Assembly (NCBI GenBank): GCA_013239625.1
Contig: MU054323.1
Span: 13,625,950 to 13,689,949, forward strand
Direction: 5' to 3'
Length of the DNA stretch: 64,000 nucleotides
Source: Lama guanicoe
Lineage: Eukaryota
In this document: positions 61,523 through 64,000 of the stretch, piece after piece
Layout: each line of letters begins with the position of its first letter
Position numbering within the stretch: the stretch's first letter is position 1
Translations under genes and position numbers: made by a program
The notes under the pieces: generated by a model
Databases searched by the model: none
What the model was told of the DNA's origin: nothing
What the model saw: the letters and a program-made list of their open reading frames with translations, nothing else

Positions 61523-64000
61523 CCTTGTTTCTTTTGTATTCTTTTGTGAAAAGGTATTTTTGTATTGCATAATGCAGAATTTTGTATTTATGTTTATTGG
61601 TGATTTAAAATGAGATTCTAAATTTTTGTGTTAGAATACAACAAACTCCACGTGGGTCCATCAAATCTCTGAGTAATAATTATGAAACAACGAAGCCTTA
61701 TTTGGTGAAACAACAAGCAATAACAGCCCCATAATCATAAAGGCATTTCAAAATCCTGCTGGAAAGCATAAAGGACTCAAAGAATGTGCAGTTCTAATGG
61801 AACTGTATGTTTCTTATGAAATGTTACTTTTTAATACATATATTATTAGTACTCTCATGGGCTAAATGTACTTTTATTGAAGATATTGTTGCTTAGCACT
61901 TAAAGCTCTAGCAATAAGAAAGATGCAAAACAATGTAAAACTTATGTAGTATAGAATCTTTTTCATTGTTTTTTTCCAGAATTTATGAACAGGATGATTT
62001 GCCTGTTTTTCCCCTCTAAATGAGAAACTCTTAGGATTTCATGTGATTTACGTTCTAATTTTCATCTTTGAACTTATCTTTCCTTGGTCTCTCAAGGGTT
62101 CTGAAGGTTGATATCCAGAAGCTTGAGAACTAAGCCCTCTATAAAGTATTCATGGCAGAAGCAACGGTCTTCTCAAAGTCTGGAGAAGTTAGTTTCTGAT
62201 CTGCAGAGATAATATTAGGGCAAATATTTAGGTGCCCCCAAAATAGAAGCTAAGTTTGTGTAAACAGTGAAACCCAAATATAGAGTTGAAGTGGAGTTTA
62301 AGGTCTTCATCCATGTAAAAGATTCCTAATTAAGTAATGTTAGGATCAAATAGAAGAATATTTTTAGAAATTAATGCGATACTTTTAGTAATACGGAGCT
62401 AGTATTAAACAGTGCTCACAAGCTTTTAAATGCTCTTATGTTTGACAAGATTTTGGTATAGGACAGGATATATAAATAACCAAGTTAAGCAGATTCCCTA
62501 AATTGTCTACACAAACGTTCTGTGGTGGAGGCAAGAAGCAATGAAACATTTATTTGCTTGTGGCTCCTTTGGAACAATCTGTCATCTGCAATATGAGAAT
62601 TTTATTTACTATACCTTCCAAAACTAAGACAGAACTTGAATAAAGATGTAGATGTGAGCCCTGTTCCTGCAGCCCCGCCCCCCAGAGTTTGCAATGAGCC
62701 AGGCTTGCTCTTTAGGAGCTGTCTTACTGGGGCCAACAATCACAGAACTGATTTAAGAGGGTCCCAGGTGCCAAGAAGGAGACTAAATTAACTGATATTT
62801 TAAAAATACCTGAAGTTATTTTTTCTGTCATCTTCCTAATTTGCTGATCAACACATTTAGGCAAACTATGAGTGTATGTGTGTGTGGGTATGTACATGTG
62901 ACCTCTTGCTTTTTGTTCATTCCCTATTTGCAGGTTTTGTAATTAATTTTTTTCTCTTTAAATCCTGTTCTAGGTGTTTATTTAGACTAAAGTATTATGG
63001 GCATGGAAGTGTGTGTGTGTGTATAGAGACATGGCTGGAGGGAGGCAAGGATATGAGCTTACTGTGTGATTCAGTGCAGGGTCCACCCCTTCTTCATTTT
63101 GAGTTAACTTATGGACACAGTATGTCTTTGAAAAATTATACCCATCGGAACTGAGGGTGAGGAAGGATTTTGAATGTGAGAACTGCTTGATTTTCCTTCC
63201 TTCACGCTTCAGTACGGAGAGCCCTGTATGTGGCAGCCTTATTGATGGAGTCAGTTACTCTTCTATATACTCATCTGTCAGGGAGGGAGAGAGAACTGCT
63301 CCCTACTTGTTATTAGCATCAGTGCCCCCCCCCCCGTAAGAGCCATGCATGAATAAGCATGGCATTGGAATTCAGTTCTTTTCCTTTCTGTGCTTGAAGA
63401 ACAGTAGAGAACTAAGAGTCAACCTGACATTTTTCTAGTCAAATGTGCCTCAGTATTAGTCCCTGAATTTTACTAAATGATTGGCTCTTCCCTGACTGAT
63501 GGGAGGACCTCAGCCTTTCCTTCAAGTCTTTGCACTTTTAATATACTTCTTAGTTCTTAGGTGAGGTCTTCTGTGTTCTCACAAACTGGCCCTTTGCTCC
63601 CTTTTGCTACTGGACTAGTTTATGTCATGCTGTTGCTGCCAGGATGCTTGCAATCTGATGAGATGTTGCTGCTCTGCCTTGGGACCCTGCCTGTTGAGAT
63701 TGGTGGTCTTTTTCAGCCACCATGCTGCTTGATAATTTCTTCTGGTGCAGATTCCTTCCCTTCAAGGGTCCAGACACACAGTTTCTTGGTCCTGATACTG
63801 CTGCACCATCCTGGCAGTCTGTTTACACCAGAGGGGTTGTGGTAGACTGCTGTTAATGCTTATCCAGTTTCTCACTCTCTTCATCCTACTTGTGGACATA
63901 TCCCTCCCTCTTCTGTCTGGTCCAGTGAGATTGTTAATCACAGTGCCTTGTGTACATGTGGCTTGCAGGTGTCCTCATGATCCAAGCTAGGATAAATGAC

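Noticed and set aside
1..64000. CRISPR arrays, rRNA genes, prokaryote-type systems or host coding exons
   Set aside because: No regularly spaced repeats, rRNA-like sequence or spliced coding homology seen; small exons could have been missed by eye

Overview
Mammalian, AT-rich, repeat-dense non-coding DNA with no recognisable host protein-coding exon. It is probably camelid: two tRNA-derived SINEs resemble the camelid vic-1 type, which I inferred from memory rather than a search. The centrepiece is an apparently intact, young, full-length LINE-1 on the minus strand (29697-36778). It has a CpG-rich 5'UTR starting with a YY1-type motif, open ORF1 (300 aa) and ORF2 (1265 aa, EN-RT-CCHC), poly(A) and a perfect 14-bp target-site duplication (TSD). 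It is nested in the ORF2 end of an older 5'-truncated L1. The window also holds RPL21 and RPL29 processed pseudogenes, two ancient decayed L1s that have collected later insertions, several truncated L1 3' ends with TSDs, solo LTRs (MLT1/ERV), MER5A/MER53/MER91-like DNA transposon relics, MIR/L2 relics and microsatellites. Four observations stand out. (1) The 397-nt ORF1-ORF2 spacer of the young L1 contains a chain of mini-ORFs, an AATAAA, a candidate 131-nt GT-AG intron and a strong-Kozak 73-codon ORF whose stop overlaps the ORF2 start; the older host L1 has only a 73-nt spacer. (2) The young L1 has a replaced 3' end that looks like a 40-nt 3' transduction. (3) Its 5'UTR contains a strong-Kozak antisense ORF0-like frame. 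(4) The host L1 appears fused to a non-L1 mRNA-like 3' end. Functional interpretations are hypotheses; repeat family names are by recognition and boundaries of old repeats are approximate.
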